From Ginglymostoma cirratum (Eukaryota): DNA of 64,000 nucleotides. The stretch is taken from NCBI GenBank assembly GCA_024137785.1, contig JAHRHZ010000040.1, positions 4,120,894 through 4,184,893 of the forward strand, given 5' to 3'. Positions 50,238 through 63,554 of the stretch are shown in pieces. The first letter of the stretch is position 1; each line of letters starts with the position of its first letter. The notes under the pieces were generated by a model, which did no database searches, had not been told where the DNA came from, and saw nothing but the letters and a program-made list of their open reading frames with translations. The position numbers and the translations under genes are program-made.

Positions 50238-50665
50238 TTTATTCACTCGCTGGATGTGGACATTGCTGGCTAAACCAGCATTTATTGCCTATCCGTAATT
50301 GCCCATGATAAGCTGGTGGTGAACTGTCTTCTGGAAATACTGCAAGCACATATAGGGATATCCAATGCTTTTGGGGACGGGTGGGGGAACGTTTGAATAT
50401 TGACTTTGTGACAGTGAAGGAACAGTGATATACTTCCAAGTTAGGATGGTATGTGACTTGGAGAGAAACTTGTAGGTGTTTGTATTCCCATGCGTTTGCT
50501 GCCCTTGTCTTTCTAGATTATAGAGGTTGCAGGTTTGGAAGATGTGGTCTTGGTGAATCGTTGCAGTGCAGCTTCTAGATGTTACACAATGCTGCTGCTG
50601 TAAGTGGTGGATATGATGCAAATTAAGTGGGCTATGTTGTCCTGGATGGTGTCAAAATTCTTGCA
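50238..50665 (-). mobile_element. LINE family B 3' end
   Basis: tttattcactcgctggatgtggacattgctggc...catttattgcc tail plus upstream similarity to 34200-34670. Confidence 0.75.
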
Positions 50666-53600
50666 CACTGATCCAGGATAGTCAATGAATTGGCAAGGTA
50701 TTAAAGGAGGAAAGGGTTATGCATTGAAGTATGTGTTCAGTTACATTGGAGAATGAGGGAAAGGTGGAGAGCATTAAGTTGTAGTGGTGTCATGGTGGGG
50801 CATTGGGACTCTGTTAAGAGTGAGGAGGAGTGGAGGAGGTATAAGTAATTAGTGCTGCAATTTTGTTATATATTCTGCCCTTTTAGAGAGGTATGTTACC
50901 CCTTTGGACCTGGTGCTTTTTTGGAGATGAGGTATCCTATGGTGTACATTAGACTCTCTGGGATTATAAGAAGGAATGCTTTTCCACATAAAGTGTATAA
51001 TACTTTCTGACTGGTAATTTTGCCAAGAAACTATTAAAATAAAAGCAGTGCTAGGAATTTCAGCTTGCCTGGTCATTAAAAAAAATTACAAGATTTCTGC
51101 TGCATGACTGAATTTGCAAACTAAACATTTCATAAGATTAGTGCCAAATGAGGGACAGCTCCAACTGCTTGTTGAATGGAAACTTTTTGGCATAAGGTAT
51201 TAGACCATTGAGTGAAATGTTTGTTTACATAACAAATTAGGTGAAGAAGTCTCAGTGTATTAGATATTTTATACCATGAATGTGTATATTTTAAATAATG
51301 ACAATACCAATAGACTGGTAAATTTATTTTCTGTCAGCTTGCCTGATGAGCAATGCCAATAAGTTATCATGGAGAAGGCAGCACAGAAGATGGTGTGTGG
51401 GTGGCCTGAGGCGATTGGGTTCACAGAATCAAAGGGCCGTATGATTTAGGAGCAGAAATAGACCATTCAGCCCATTGAGTCTGCTTCATAATTTAGTGAA
51501 ATCATTGCTGATCTGGCATGCTCAACTCCACTTTCCTGCCTTTTCCCCATAACCCTTAATTGTCTTGCTGATTAAAAGTCTGTCTATCTCAGCATTTAAT
51601 ATGCTTAACAACCCAACCTCTGCAGCTGTCTGTGGTAAATGGTTCCACAGACTCTGAGAAAAGAAATTCCTCTTCATCTCTGTTTGAGCTGGGTGACCCT
51701 GTAGCCTGCAATTATTCCGTCTGGTCCTAGATGCTGCTACATCTTCCCAACTCTGAGTGTCTGACCTTAGATAAGGTCAGACCCCACAGTTGAATTGCTT
51801 AGTTCCACACTTCCAAAATGGTGATGAGTTAAGTGGGATCATGACTTGGATGTCAAATGACGTTAATGTGACAACGATTCACTGATTCACACCATATCTA
51901 TGATGGTTCCCCAAAGTGTGAGATTAATGAATTTATCATTCTGTCACATCTGCATTCTATCTTAAATTCAAAACAGAACAATTTGTTTGAAGTTTCCCAT
52001 TTCAGACAGCTAAAGTGAAATGAGCTTGAGAAGTTTCAATCCAGTTCTTAGTGGACATGTTGTGACTGCTGCTGGAAACTGTCAACCGTTCACTAATTGC
52101 CAGCAAAACGAGCAGTCTTACTTAGGCTATAATACTTCTGGAGCAAAGCAGTTCTTAGTATGAATTTCAATGTTCTCTTTCCATATATTCCCTTAAGTGC
52201 CCAACACAATGCTCTCACCAGTTAAAGACCTGGAAAGTGTGGGAACCAGGTGAATGGCTGCTTTGAGAAACCAAAGTATTGTAACCTTCTGAGGTTATGT
52301 TTGAGTACAATAAAGAGAAAACCACATTTTGCAGTTTTAGTAAGTATGCTCCTAACACCTTTAATCAATATTGAATTGTTTGTTGCTAAAGCCGGAATGC
52401 CCAACTTCACCACATTGTTGTGGTGACATTTCAGTCAGAGGCTAAACCTATTCTATTACTGGCTGGCATGTCACTGGCAATGAATATCAAAAGTGAAAAG
52501 TTTTAACCTTTAGTGTTGTATTCCAAGAATTAACTACTCTTTTGATCCACAGCACTAAGTTAGATTGTATGTAAATATTGCTGTTTGAAGTATTTTTATG
52601 TTTTGAGACTGAGTCTTTAATTTGGAGTAAAATACAGGGGGTCAATTAATTTGTTCTGAAGTCTGCATATAAACAGGCCTGGGAGACTTGGCTGTTAAAG
52701 GCTACAGAAAGTTCTAGGTTTTTCTGGAAAGCAGGTGTAGTGTGTTCAGAGAAAATACGAATAAAGAAGAGTAGGCCATCCAGCCCTTTGAGTTGACTTT
52801 GCCATTCGATAGCTAATATATAGCTACCCATAGCTAATCATTCAACTCAGTACCACGTTCCTGCTTTCTCCTCATACACTTTGATTACTTAAACCCCAAG
52901 AACTACAATTAACTCCTTCTATTCACAGCTGGAAACAATGGCAGCAGCACTTGTGTTGACAATGGTAAGATTCATCATAACGGAGGAATACATTAAAGAA
53001 TTTTGAGTCGTAAACGCTTATATTTTAAACAGTATATTTACGTACGATCTAGCATAATGCTGTGGGCCTAATGTGTATCTAATTGTTGTACCTGGATAGA
53101 GGCCCATGTTATTCACATAGCCGTGGAGATGAGCTTTTAAGAAAAAAGGACAAGCTTTGAGAGGAGAAGGTTCCTAAAATATTCCTAAAAGTCACAAGTG
53201 AATTAATCTGACAATTTGGAAGAAAGAACATCTAAATGAGAAATGTGGGTGGGAGCTTACAATAAGGCTAAAAAGAATTTGGGAAGATTTGAAACGAGTT
53301 TGGAAAATTCACCTACCCGTATGCTAGAGTGAGAATCCCAAGGGCAAACACTCAACATGAAAAAGGTTAAAGCGGTACAGAGGTTAAAAGATACAAGGCT
53401 GGGAAAGGGAGAAAAACAGAAGTAAACTCTCAGGAGCTAAGAATCTGTAAGGACTGAGTCTGGGAAATTGAATGTCTGATTAAGGAACAGTGGAAAGTAT
53501 AATTCAGAAACGTATTTTTCAGTTGTATTTAAGTTAAAAAGAAGGAAGTCGTGTTCTGTAGTTTAAAGTATAAATTGTGTGCAAAACAGATTCTGTTTAT

Positions 53601-53899
53601 TCAATAATCTGGTTGTCACAGTAGAAGTCTTCAAATGCCCGTATGTTGTTATATCACCCTTTCAGCTGTCAACTGAAGTATCAAATTCTTTTTCTTTAAA
53701 GTTATTGGTGTTGACGGATTCATTGATTCATTGTTTCAACTTAATAAACATCATTCTCACGTGTTAGACATTGCTGTCTTCCGCACTAGCAGTAAAAGAA
53801 ATTAACTTGTTGTTTCATTGTTGTTTCAGGGAGCATGTTCAGTCCAGATTGACTGTTGTGTTTTCTAAATTACAATAGCAACTACATTCAAACATTTCA

Positions 53900-54022
53900 G
53901 AGATAGTAGGAACTGCAGATGCTGGACAATCTGAGATAACAAGATGTAGAGCTGGAAGAACACAGCAGGCCAAGCAGCATCAGACGAGCAGGAAGGCTGA
54001 CGTTTCGGGTCTAGACCCTTCT
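53900..54022 (-). mobile_element. Short PLE 3' fragment truncated in the hammerhead core, inserted in a Deu-domain-type SINE tail
   Basis: gagatagtaggaactgcag...gacgtttcgggtctagacccttct. Flanks read attacaatagcaactaca... and gtgaagcactttgag...gctatgtaaatg. Confidence 0.82.
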
Positions 54023-54096
54023 GTGAAGCACTTTGAGGTATTCTGACATCATGAAATGTGCTATGTAAATGTGCAAGTATTCTTTAACAAAAACAT

Positions 54097-55620
54097 GCAT
54101 GTCTGGAGAAACTCAGTCAGTTTAACATCATCTGTGGAGAGAGAAAACTAGAGTTAACACTTCAAGTCCAGTGACCCTTTGTCAGAACTGAAAACAGCAG
54201 AGAAATGGTGACATTTATGCTGATGACAGGAGGTGAGGTTGGACTGGGTAAAGGAGTGAGTCAAACAAATGGAGATGGTGCCGAGAGACAGGGAGAAAAA
54301 AGGGAAGCAGACAAATGGATTACTGATAATAAGGTGGGAGAGAGATGCACACTGAATGGATGTTAATGGGAAGTATGTGCTGGCACCAACTCATACAGAA
54401 CAGGATTTTGGGATGTGGAGGTAGGTAACAAACATAGAGGAAGGTGTTCATTCTCAGAAATTGTTAACCTCAATGTTGAATACTGAGGCTTGTTAGGTAT
54501 CTAGGGGAAGATGGGGTATTGTTTCTCCAGCTTGTGTTAAGCTTTTCTGGAGCATTGCAGCAGACCTGAGACAGAAATGTTGGTGTGGGAACATGCTGGT
54601 GTGTTGAAAGGGCAGGCAACTGGAAGCTCAAGGTTCATTTTTACAGACAGAGTGGAGGTGCTGCACAAAATGTTCACCCAGTCTTCACTTTGTCTCTCCA
54701 GTATACAGAAGACCACCTGGGAAGACTAAATTGAATGAGGTGCAGATAAATTGCTACTTCACCTGGAAGGCGTGTATGGGGCCTTGGATAGTGTGAAAGG
54801 AGGAGGAAAACAGATAGGTACTACATCTTCTGCAATTGCATGGGAAAGTAATGTGGGAATGTGAGAAGGTGTTGGGAGTGGAGGAAGTACAGACCAGAGT
54901 GTCCCAGACAGAACGATCCCAGCAGAAGGCTGACAAAGGAAGGGAGAAGCATATGTTACAGAGATAGTAGGAACTGCTGATGCATTTCTGGAGAAGGGTC
55001 TAGACCCGAGGCATTCCTGCTCCTGTGATGCTGCTTGGCCTGCTGTGTTAATCCAGCTCTACACCTTGTTATCTCTGGAGAAGAATATGTGTTTGGTGGT
55101 GGCCCCACACTGGTGGAAAATGGAAGCTTATGATCCTTTGAAGCGGAGGCTGCTGGTCAGTGAGGGCTAGGGGTATCCTATCATTGTTGTGGGAGGAAAG
55201 GGAATGGGTGAGGGCAGAAGTGGGGGAAATGGATCAGATATGGCTGAGGGGCTCTGTCAACCACAGGAGCAGAGAATCCTCAGTCAAGGAAACAGGTGAG
55301 CTTTTCTCAGATTTCCTGCAAAAGGTGCAATCATCTGAACAGATTCTACGAAGATGGAGAAACTGGGAGAATGGAATGGAGTCTCTACAGGAAGCAGGAT
55401 GTGAGGACGTACAGTTGAGGTAACTGTGTGAGTCGGTGTGTTCGTAATGGATATTGGTGGACAGCCTATCACCAGGAGCAGAAACAGAGAGGTCGAGAAA
55501 GGGAATGGAGCAGTCAGTGACGAACCATATGAAGGAGTGAGCTGGGTAGAATTGGAAGCAAAATTGATAAAGTTTTCCAATTCCAAGCAAGAGAGGGAGC
55601 CAGCATCAACAATATCATCT
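54097..55620 (-). mobile_element. Older, frameshifted PLE of a third family; decayed hammerhead at 54153-54188
   Basis: IPFLDLSVS...TDSHSYLNCTSSHPASCRDSIPFSQFLHLRRICS and TFPCNCRRCSTY. The 3' end reads GTT-CTGACAA-A-GGGTC(ACTG)GACTT-GAAG-TG-TT-AAC. Confidence 0.85.
54957..55076. mobile_element. Internally deleted fold-back PLE mini-element nested in the older PLE
   Basis: A minus-orientation tail (gagatagtaggaactgc) is joined to a plus-orientation arm (atttctggagaagggtctagacccga...ttgttatctc). 14-bp TSD ggagaagc/aatatgt at 54943-54956 and 55077-55090. Confidence 0.8.
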
Positions 55621-56339
55621 TTGTGGCTATAGTTCTTTTTTGCATCAATTGTTTGAAGCTAATGTGGCATCATTAAGCTATTCTCAGCTAAGGCCTATTG
55701 ACCTGATTCAACAAAATGGCTCTTTTTATATTTCGTACATTAGATGTGAGTTTCAATAGCTGGGCCAGCATTTATTGCCCACCCCTAGTCGCCTTTGAGG
55801 AGGAGACAATTAGGTCCTAAAATACCTGCTAACAGGTTTTGGGATTTTACACGGTAACCAGTTTCCACTAAACTCCAAAGTTAATAATCAGTGCAAATAG
55901 GAAGTCATTTGGTTATACAGATAAAGCATACACAGGAAAGTCAGTTCTCTTGGTAACTCTAGCATTATTGTTCAGAGAGCAAAATTAAATGCACAGTTTA
56001 AACTGGATTCCTGTATTTCTTGAAAAACATAAGTTGCCAGTCAAGTGCAATTGCTGCAGGCCATGGGAAATTCTTTTGACCAAGTATGGTATTAATAATA
56101 GAACCTCCACAGGAGGGCAGCCTTTACATCCTTACAGTTTTCAACATAAGACGAATAGTGCTTGGCTGAGAAAATAATAAAGTTGCACTGTTTGCAACAC
56201 TGGGTTTAGAGCTTAAAAATCCAAGAATGTGCCAGACGCATCCAAATGGAATACTGCGCAATCTCATGCAGCAATCACAAGGCAACTATAAAGGATGAGA
56301 AAAAGCACAAATAACCGTACCCATAAAGCAGCTGTCACT

Positions 56340-57980
56340 TCATTGAAAAAAATCCAGAAAGGCACGATATTTCTGAAATGGTGAGAGGTTGGGATGTGCA
56401 GGTGTCCAAAGGGATTTGTGTCGCCTTATCCATGAGTCATTAAAAACTAGCATGCAGTTGCAGCAATCAATGAGAAAGGCAAGCAGTGTATTGGTATTCA
56501 TTTCTAGGGGATCTAAATATAGAAGTACACATATAAATATATTTTGTGCAACAGAATAGAGCCTTGGTGAGACCTCTCCTAAAGATCTCACAGGTATCCA
56601 CCCTGACATCTACCCAGAATCTTGGATGTTTGCAAGACTTTATGTTATGTCATGTGACAGGATATGACCTCAGACCAAAGGCATTTTGGGTAGCAGTGAT
56701 CATAATACGATTGAAGGTAGCAGAGTGGGTTGAAGACTAATATTTTAAACTTGATTAAGGGCAACTATTTTGATTTGAAAGCTGAGCTAATTGAAGTGAA
56801 CTGGAATCTTAGACTAGCAGCTAGATGAGTAGAGAAGCTGTGAAAGACATTTAAAGTGATACTTCAGTATACTCAAAGTAAGTACATTGCTACAGTGAAG
56901 AAAAATTCCAAAGGGTTGGCCCATGATTGGTGAACAATTAAGTTAATGAAACCATCAAACATCAACATGTGATTGCACAAAGGTGAGTGGCAGGTCAGAT
57001 GACTGATCAGACGACAACAGAAGTAGGGAATGAATATAAGATTAATTAGGACTAATAAATTAGAGCATGAGAGGAAACTAGCTAGAAATGTAAAAACAGA
57101 GAACAATTGTTTCTGACAGTATCAAAAAAGGTGAAGAATAAGTAAAGAGAGTGTTGGTCCTCTGGCGGGTGAGAATGGAGGGTTAATAATAGATAATAAA
57201 AAGTGACAGTTATAATGAATGTTTTGCTTCTGTCTTCACTAAACAGGATATTAAAAAATCATTCCAGTTGTACGTGTAAATTTGAAGGTTGAAAGAAAAG
57301 AAGAACTTGTTGAAATTACGATCACTAAGGATGCAATACTGAGCAAACTGATGGAGCTGCATGTTGATAAGTTCTGAGTCTTAATAGACATCATCCTAGG
57401 GTCTTAAAAGAAGTGACTAATGAGATAAGAGTTGAGATGCTGTCAATTTTCCAAAGTTTGTTAGATTCTGGAAATGTTCCAATATACAGAAAAATAGCAA
57501 ATGTAACACCTCTATTCAAAAAGGGAGGGAGGTAGAGAAGAGGAAACTATATACCTGTTAGCTTGTTTTCTGTCATGGGGTAGGTTTTTGAAATGATTTT
57601 TAAAACTGTTATAACTATGTACTTAGAAAAGTTCAAGGTAAATGGAAACAGTTTGCATGGATTTGTGAAAAGGAAATCTTATTTTATCAATTTATTGAAA
57701 CTTGGAAATTGGAACTCTGTGGATAAAGGGGAATACTTTGGTGTTCTGTTCTTGGTTTTGCAGAAGGCATTTTATAAGGTACCACATGAAAGACCTTTGC
57801 ACAAAATAGGAACTCTTGGGTATTGGGGATATCATTCTAACCTGTACAGAATATTGGCTGGCTGGCAGAAAACAAAGTGTTTGCCTATATATATCTTTTG
57901 TAGACTGGTCGGATGTGAAAGATGGCATGCCATAGGAGCATATGCTGGGCCCTCAAACTTTACAATTTATGACAATGACA
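56340..57980 (+). mobile_element. Degenerate CR1 fragments
   Basis: ANVTPLFKKG, HGFVKRKSYFINLL and QKAFYKVPHERPL remnants. Confidence 0.78.
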
Positions 57981-58719
57981 TAGTCTCAGCCTCTATCTTA
58001 CACTAGGGCCAATTATGCAAGATGTACTGAACTGAGGGAAGGGTACCATAGTCTATAACTGAATTACTGAGCACAATCCCAAATACTGCAATGATAGAAA
58101 CTGAGAGCTGTAATAAATGTCTGTTGAATCTTTCAGCACTTTGTGACTCATGTCTAGCTCTTATGTTACAAAAACTAACATAAATATTACGTCATGAGGT
58201 ACAAGCATCTTGCTTAAGGTAAAAAGCAAAATAAACATCACCTTTTTTCAGAACAGAACAGATCAGATCAGATGCTGTGAACATCCAGATATGCTCAAAG
58301 TCAGTGAGAACTATGAGACCAAGAAAGGCTGGAGCTGCAGCTCAGTCCAGTCCATGAGCTGGGAATAGTCCCTGAGTGGACAATGTGCTTGCCACAGCAT
58401 CACAGTGATAGTTTCCTGTTCAGCCCAAGGCACAGTATTGAAGTTCAGTAGTATCATGTGAGTGAATCAGAGATGTTATGAGTGTTTTCGGAGGCTGGCA
58501 GATGTCAGGTGCCAATGTCTGTGGATGTGGTGTGCCCATAGAATGTGCCTTTCTGGAAGTAGCACATTGAAATGAAATATGGTCTGTGGAGTATTATTTT
58601 GGGAAACTAGAATTAATTCAAGGGTTGTGTGCTTAAAAAGAAAAAAATGTATTACAGATGACCAAGATGTGGTTAAAAACGAGTTGAGCCATGACCTCCT
58701 ACTAACCAGGTCATAAAAG

Positions 58720-60566
58720 GCATAGAGTCACATAGCACGGAAACAGACACTGCAGTCCAATGCATCCATGCTGACCAACTTTCCCAATCTAAACTAGCCC
58801 ACTTGCCTGCATTTGGCCCATATCCCTCTTTATCTTTCCAATTCATGTACCTATGTCAATGTCTTTTAAATGTTGTAACTGTACCTGCATCTACCACTTT
58901 CTCTGGCAGTTCATTCCGCACGTGAACATGGCAAATTCAAAGAGAAGCTCCTGTGTTGGGTCTACACTTCCAGCCACTAGATGGCATGATAACAGTGATA
59001 TCAAACCAGAAGAGATTAGCAGCACCACATACTTTTTCGTAAAAAATTAAAAAAAAACCTCAAACAGCAAGATCAAAGCTAGTTTAAGTGCATGTGGTCA
59101 AATACACTTTAGAGTCATACATACGTAGAGCATGTACGCCCCACTGGTCATCAAGTACCTACCGACTCTTATCCTATTTTCTAGCACTTGTAACCTCATG
59201 TGCTCTGCCGCTTGTGCTCATCTAAGTACTTCTCAAACTTTGTGTTGGTTCCTGCCCCTATCACACTTTTAGGCAGTTAGTTCCGGATACCCACCATCTT
59301 CTGGTGAGATAATATCTTCCTTAAATTCTATCAAAATCTCCTTCCCCTTAAATTATTGACCCACTACTCGGTCCCCCGTCAGTCTTCTCTGCTATGTGGA
59401 AAACAACTTGAGTTTATCTATTCTCTTGTAATAGCTGAAATACTCCAAGTAACATCCTGGTTAATCTTCTCTGCACTGTCTCTACAGCAGTCATATAGTC
59501 TGCAACCAGTACTCAATTGGTGTCCTAACTATCATCTTATAAAGCTGAGCCAAGTTCTCCATGAGCCTGCCTGGCAGAACTCGCAGGAGACCAAATATTC
59601 GGGGGACCTGGAGCTGTGCAACAAAGAGTTAGGAAGGCAAATGGTGTGTTGGCCAATATTGCAAAAGGGTTTTGAGTATAGGAACAAGGGGGTCTTAATA
59701 TAACTATACAGGAAACTAGGTGTGACCACACTTAGTGTATTATATGCAGTTTTGATCTCCATACCTAGGAAAAGATATATTTGTCATAAAATAAGTGCAG
59801 CAAGATTTCACTAGACTGATCCCTAGGATGGCAGGTTTTGTCCTATGAGGAGAGATTGGTTTGACTTTGCCTGTAATTACTTAGGTTCAGAAGAATGAGA
59901 GGGGATCTACTTGATGGTGGTTGACCTTTTGAATTCTCTACCCCAGAAGGCTTTGGAGGTGAAATTTCTGAATATATTTTAGAAAGAAAAAAAAAGTTTT
60001 TCAGAAGCTAAAGATGTCAAGGGGACTGGGGAGGTAGTGTCAGAGAGTCAGACAGCATGAAAACAGACCCTTTGGTCCAACTTGTACATGCTGTCAAGGT
60101 TTCTCAAACTGAACTAGTCCTATTTGCCTGCATTTGGTCCAAATCCCTCTAAACCTTTCCTATTCATTTACTTGTCCGAATGTCTTTTAAATGTTGTAAC
60201 TGTATATGCCTGCACCACTTCCTCTGGCAGTTCATTCCATATAAACATAACCTCTGTGTGAAAAAGTTGGCCTTCGGGTCCCTTTTAAATCTTTCCCCTC
60301 TCACCTTAAACCTATACCCTCTAGTTCTGTACTCTCCTACCCTTGGAAAAAGACCATTGGTATTCACCTTATCAATGCCTCTCATGATTTTATAAACCTC
60401 TATAAGGTGACCCCGCAACCTTCTACACTCCAGGGAATAAAGTCCCAGTCTATTCAATAGCGAGAGTACGGCATTCAGATAGAGGATCAGCCATGATTAT
60501 ATTGATTGCCAGAGCAGGCTTGAGGGGCCTAATGGCCTATTCCTGCTCATATTTTCTATGTTCCTA
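58720..60566. mobile_element. Cluster of nested CR1 3' fragments (-, -, +, with a nested - copy at 60043-60457)
   Basis: MNRLGLYSLECRRLRGHLIEVYKIMRG on the minus strand, GFEYRNKGVL on the plus strand, and several tails. Confidence 0.8.
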
Positions 60567-60574
60567 TTTAAATA

Positions 60575-61000
60575 TTGTGATACCTTTCTAGATTAACAAG
60601 TAGGGGTCTGTAGGAGTTGTTGAGTATAGTCACCAATAAGGAGTGAAATACTTCCTGTTCTGGAATCTGACGAGGTGATGCCAGGGAGCACTGATCGATA
60701 ACCTCTTGGATCTGAGAGAACCTAGCAAAGGCTGCAAATCTAACAACTTTGCCACCTTGTCTTTCTGGGTCAATCATGAACTGGATAAACACTATTGCTT
60801 TTCTCTAAAGGGCATTGGTCAGCTCATGAATATATTTGTGATCTGCCGATTGGATCGTTGAAAGGGGTTGATGATGAGATAGTTCAATGCTGCTGAGACC
60901 TTTAGTACCAAAGGCATAGTGCAGTTTACCAGGCTTCATGGTTACAGATTTACTTGTACTTGCTTTCCATGCCTGCAGCAATTTGCTCAATCTGACTCTT
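60575..61000 (-). mobile_element. Decayed PIF/Harbinger transposase fragment
   Basis: IQSADHKYIHELTNAL...FIQFMIDPERQGGKVVRFAAFARFSQIQEVID...NRK/FHSL resembles Harbinger ISQS..H..I..VT.AL...FI.F...GF...AGFP.VQG.ID...NRKGFHSL. Confidence 0.68.
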
Positions 61001-61199
61001 CATGGCCTCTAACCCTCTAACCTTGGAGTCCACAGCTTGCATTATGGCATATCCTTAGCTTTCAGACACACAGGGCTGTGAATGTACCTGGATCACTGCA
61101 TGTGGAAGCACCCCACCACTGTCACTACTGTTGGTGTGTCTCACGTGCCCTTCCTCTCAAATTCAGTTGAGGAGATAGATGATGTTTAGTAATCTTTTG

Positions 61200-61570
61200 T
61201 TTGATTCTTTCATGCTCTATCCTCCCCCATTTTATTAAACTTCCCCCTATCCCTCTAAATGGTCTTTCCTTCTCACTGGCACCCTGTATGTCATTCTTCA
61301 ATCTCCCCCAGTGATTATTGACCTTTTCACCATCTCCCTATATGCACTGCTGCTCCCCTGAACTCATTCCCATCCAGATCTCTGTGCCGATGTTAACATT
61401 ACACCTAACTCCCTTTATGTAATTCCACTCATGTGTTAAAAGTATAAAAAATCCCACCATTTTCCAATCATTCAGTTCTGAAGAAGAGACTACCTGGACT
61501 CAAAACTTCTCCCTCTACTTATGCTGCCAGACATGCAGCGTTTCTCCAGGATTCTCTGTGCATGTTTCTG
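61200..61570 (+). mobile_element. Decayed 3' end of the third PLE-related family
   Basis: Pyrimidine-rich UTR, then cagttctgaagaagagac...ggactcaaaa and atgctgccagac...tttctccag, matching 54097-54190. Confidence 0.55.
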
Positions 61571-61742
61571 ATCATGTAGAAAAACTGAGATCGTAGAATG
61601 GCTCCCATAGATTGAAGGTAGCAAATGTAACACCATTATACAAGAAAGGTGGGATGCAAAGGCCAGTTAACCTGGCATCAGTGTTAGGGAAAATGTCAGA
61701 GTCTGTCTGATGCGAGAACAGGCACCAAGAAAATCACAATAT

Positions 61743-62472
61743 TGTCACAAAAACAGCATTTATAGGTTTGTTACATTTTGGTATCTTAATGTAAGGTAAA
61801 AGGGAGTTAAGGTCATGTGATGTATTCCAAATCCTACTTAATAATATGCCTGAACGGCTTTGTTGCTATGGGATAGAGCGTGAAAGAATCAAACAAAAGA
61901 TTACCAAACATCATCTATCTCCTCAACTGGGTTTGAGAGGAAGGGCATGTAAGACACACCAAGTCACGCTTGATTCACTGGGAAGAAATTATAAGGTGTC
62001 CATACCTATGATCAAAGGTGAGAGCATTAGTTACAACTCTGCATAAGGCTATTAGTCTCCAGGCCTCGTTGCCTTAGGGAGGTGAATGTCATTTTTCGTA
62101 AATTTTATAAACTGCCTGTTAATTTCAAATTAGAATGGAATTGTTAATCTAAGGAAGGTCAAATGAGTATTCCTGCCTGGGCACGAGGCTCATGTGATTC
62201 ATCTTATCATGGAGATAGATTTTGAGAGGGGAAAAGCCATTGTGGTATCAGGTGATAGAAAAAACCTGTGGTATCAGGTTTTTTCTAAGATAACACCGAA
62301 CTTCACTATATGTAAGAATCTGAGTTGGAGAGAGAGAAAGCAAAGAGACACAGGCAACAAATCTCTTGTTCACTAGACAGAATGCAGATGTAAGCAGGTG
62401 CATGGATTGACGACATCAAGTTTGTGAGGATTTAAACAAGACTAGAAGATTGAATAGAATTTGACTGTGACA
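61743..62472. mobile_element. Possible solo LTR
   Basis: Starts TGTCACA and ends TGTGACA. No TSD seen, and the right end abuts a CR1 tail. Confidence 0.3.
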
Positions 62473-63185
62473 TGGAACATTTAACAGTACAGCACAGGAA
62501 CAGGCCCTTTGGCCCATCATGTCTGTACTGACCATGATGCCATTCTAAACTAATCTAATCTGCCAGCACATGCTCTATTCCTCTATTCCCTGCCTGTTCT
62601 TGTGTCTGGCTAAATGCCTTTTAAACAATGATATTGTATCTGTTTCTACCACCTCCCCTGGCTGTGAATTCCAGATACCTGCTTCCCTTTGTATAAAAAT
62701 CTTGCCTTCCACATCTCCTTTAAATTTCACCCCCCACTCACCTTAAACTTATGCCTCCTGTTATGTGACATTTTCACCCTGGGAAAAAGGCTCCTAATAT
62801 CCACCCTATCCATGCCTCTCATAATTTTATATACTTCTGTCAGGTTGTCCTTCAGCCTCTGACATTCTAGCAAAAACAATCCAAGTTTATCCAACCTCTC
62901 CTTAAAAGCTAATACAATACAATCCAGGCAATATCTTGGTAATCCTCTTTGCATCCGCTCCAAAGCCTCCATATAGTGTGGTGACCAGAACTACACACAA
63001 TACTCCAAATGTGTTCTAAGTATAGCTGCAACATGACAGTCAATATTTATACTCAATGCTTGACTGAAGCAGGTAAGCACATTGTACACCATCTTTAAAA
63101 CTTTATTAACCTGTGTAGTCACTTTCAGGGAGTTATGGGCTTGCAGCCAAGATCCCTCTATATATCAATGCTCATCAGGGTCCTG
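62473..63185 (-). mobile_element. CR1 3' fragment
   Basis: MEALERMQR...FKERLDKLGLFLLECQRLKDNLTEVYKIMRG. Confidence 0.87.
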
Positions 63186-63554
63186 CACTTGCAGAGATAT
63201 GAACTTACAATCTCTTGCTTACTAGACAGGTAAGACTAGAGGGATGCTTTTTCAGGGCAACCCTCATTGTGAAAATCTGTTTTGGAATCAGAAATTGCCT
63301 GGGAAGTAAAGGAAAAATTAAACCATCCATCAAGAGTTGAGCATAGTTGTGGACTGTTTTCTGGGAAGCAAGGTATCCATTTAAGGAACAGAGGCATGTA
63401 TAATCATGAAGGGGAATTTTCAATTATTTAAAAATGAAATGGGGGAGGATATTTTCTCTAGTTCAGAACATAAGTGCCCCATTGGATGGTCATCAGACAG
63501 TGTTGCTTTTAATTTGTGCATTACTGTCAATGTTTTAAAGCTTGAAATCTTAGG

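Noticed and set aside
52954-53770. Possible solo LTR (TG...CA)
   Set aside because: No TSD and no second copy in the window. Boundaries are uncertain.
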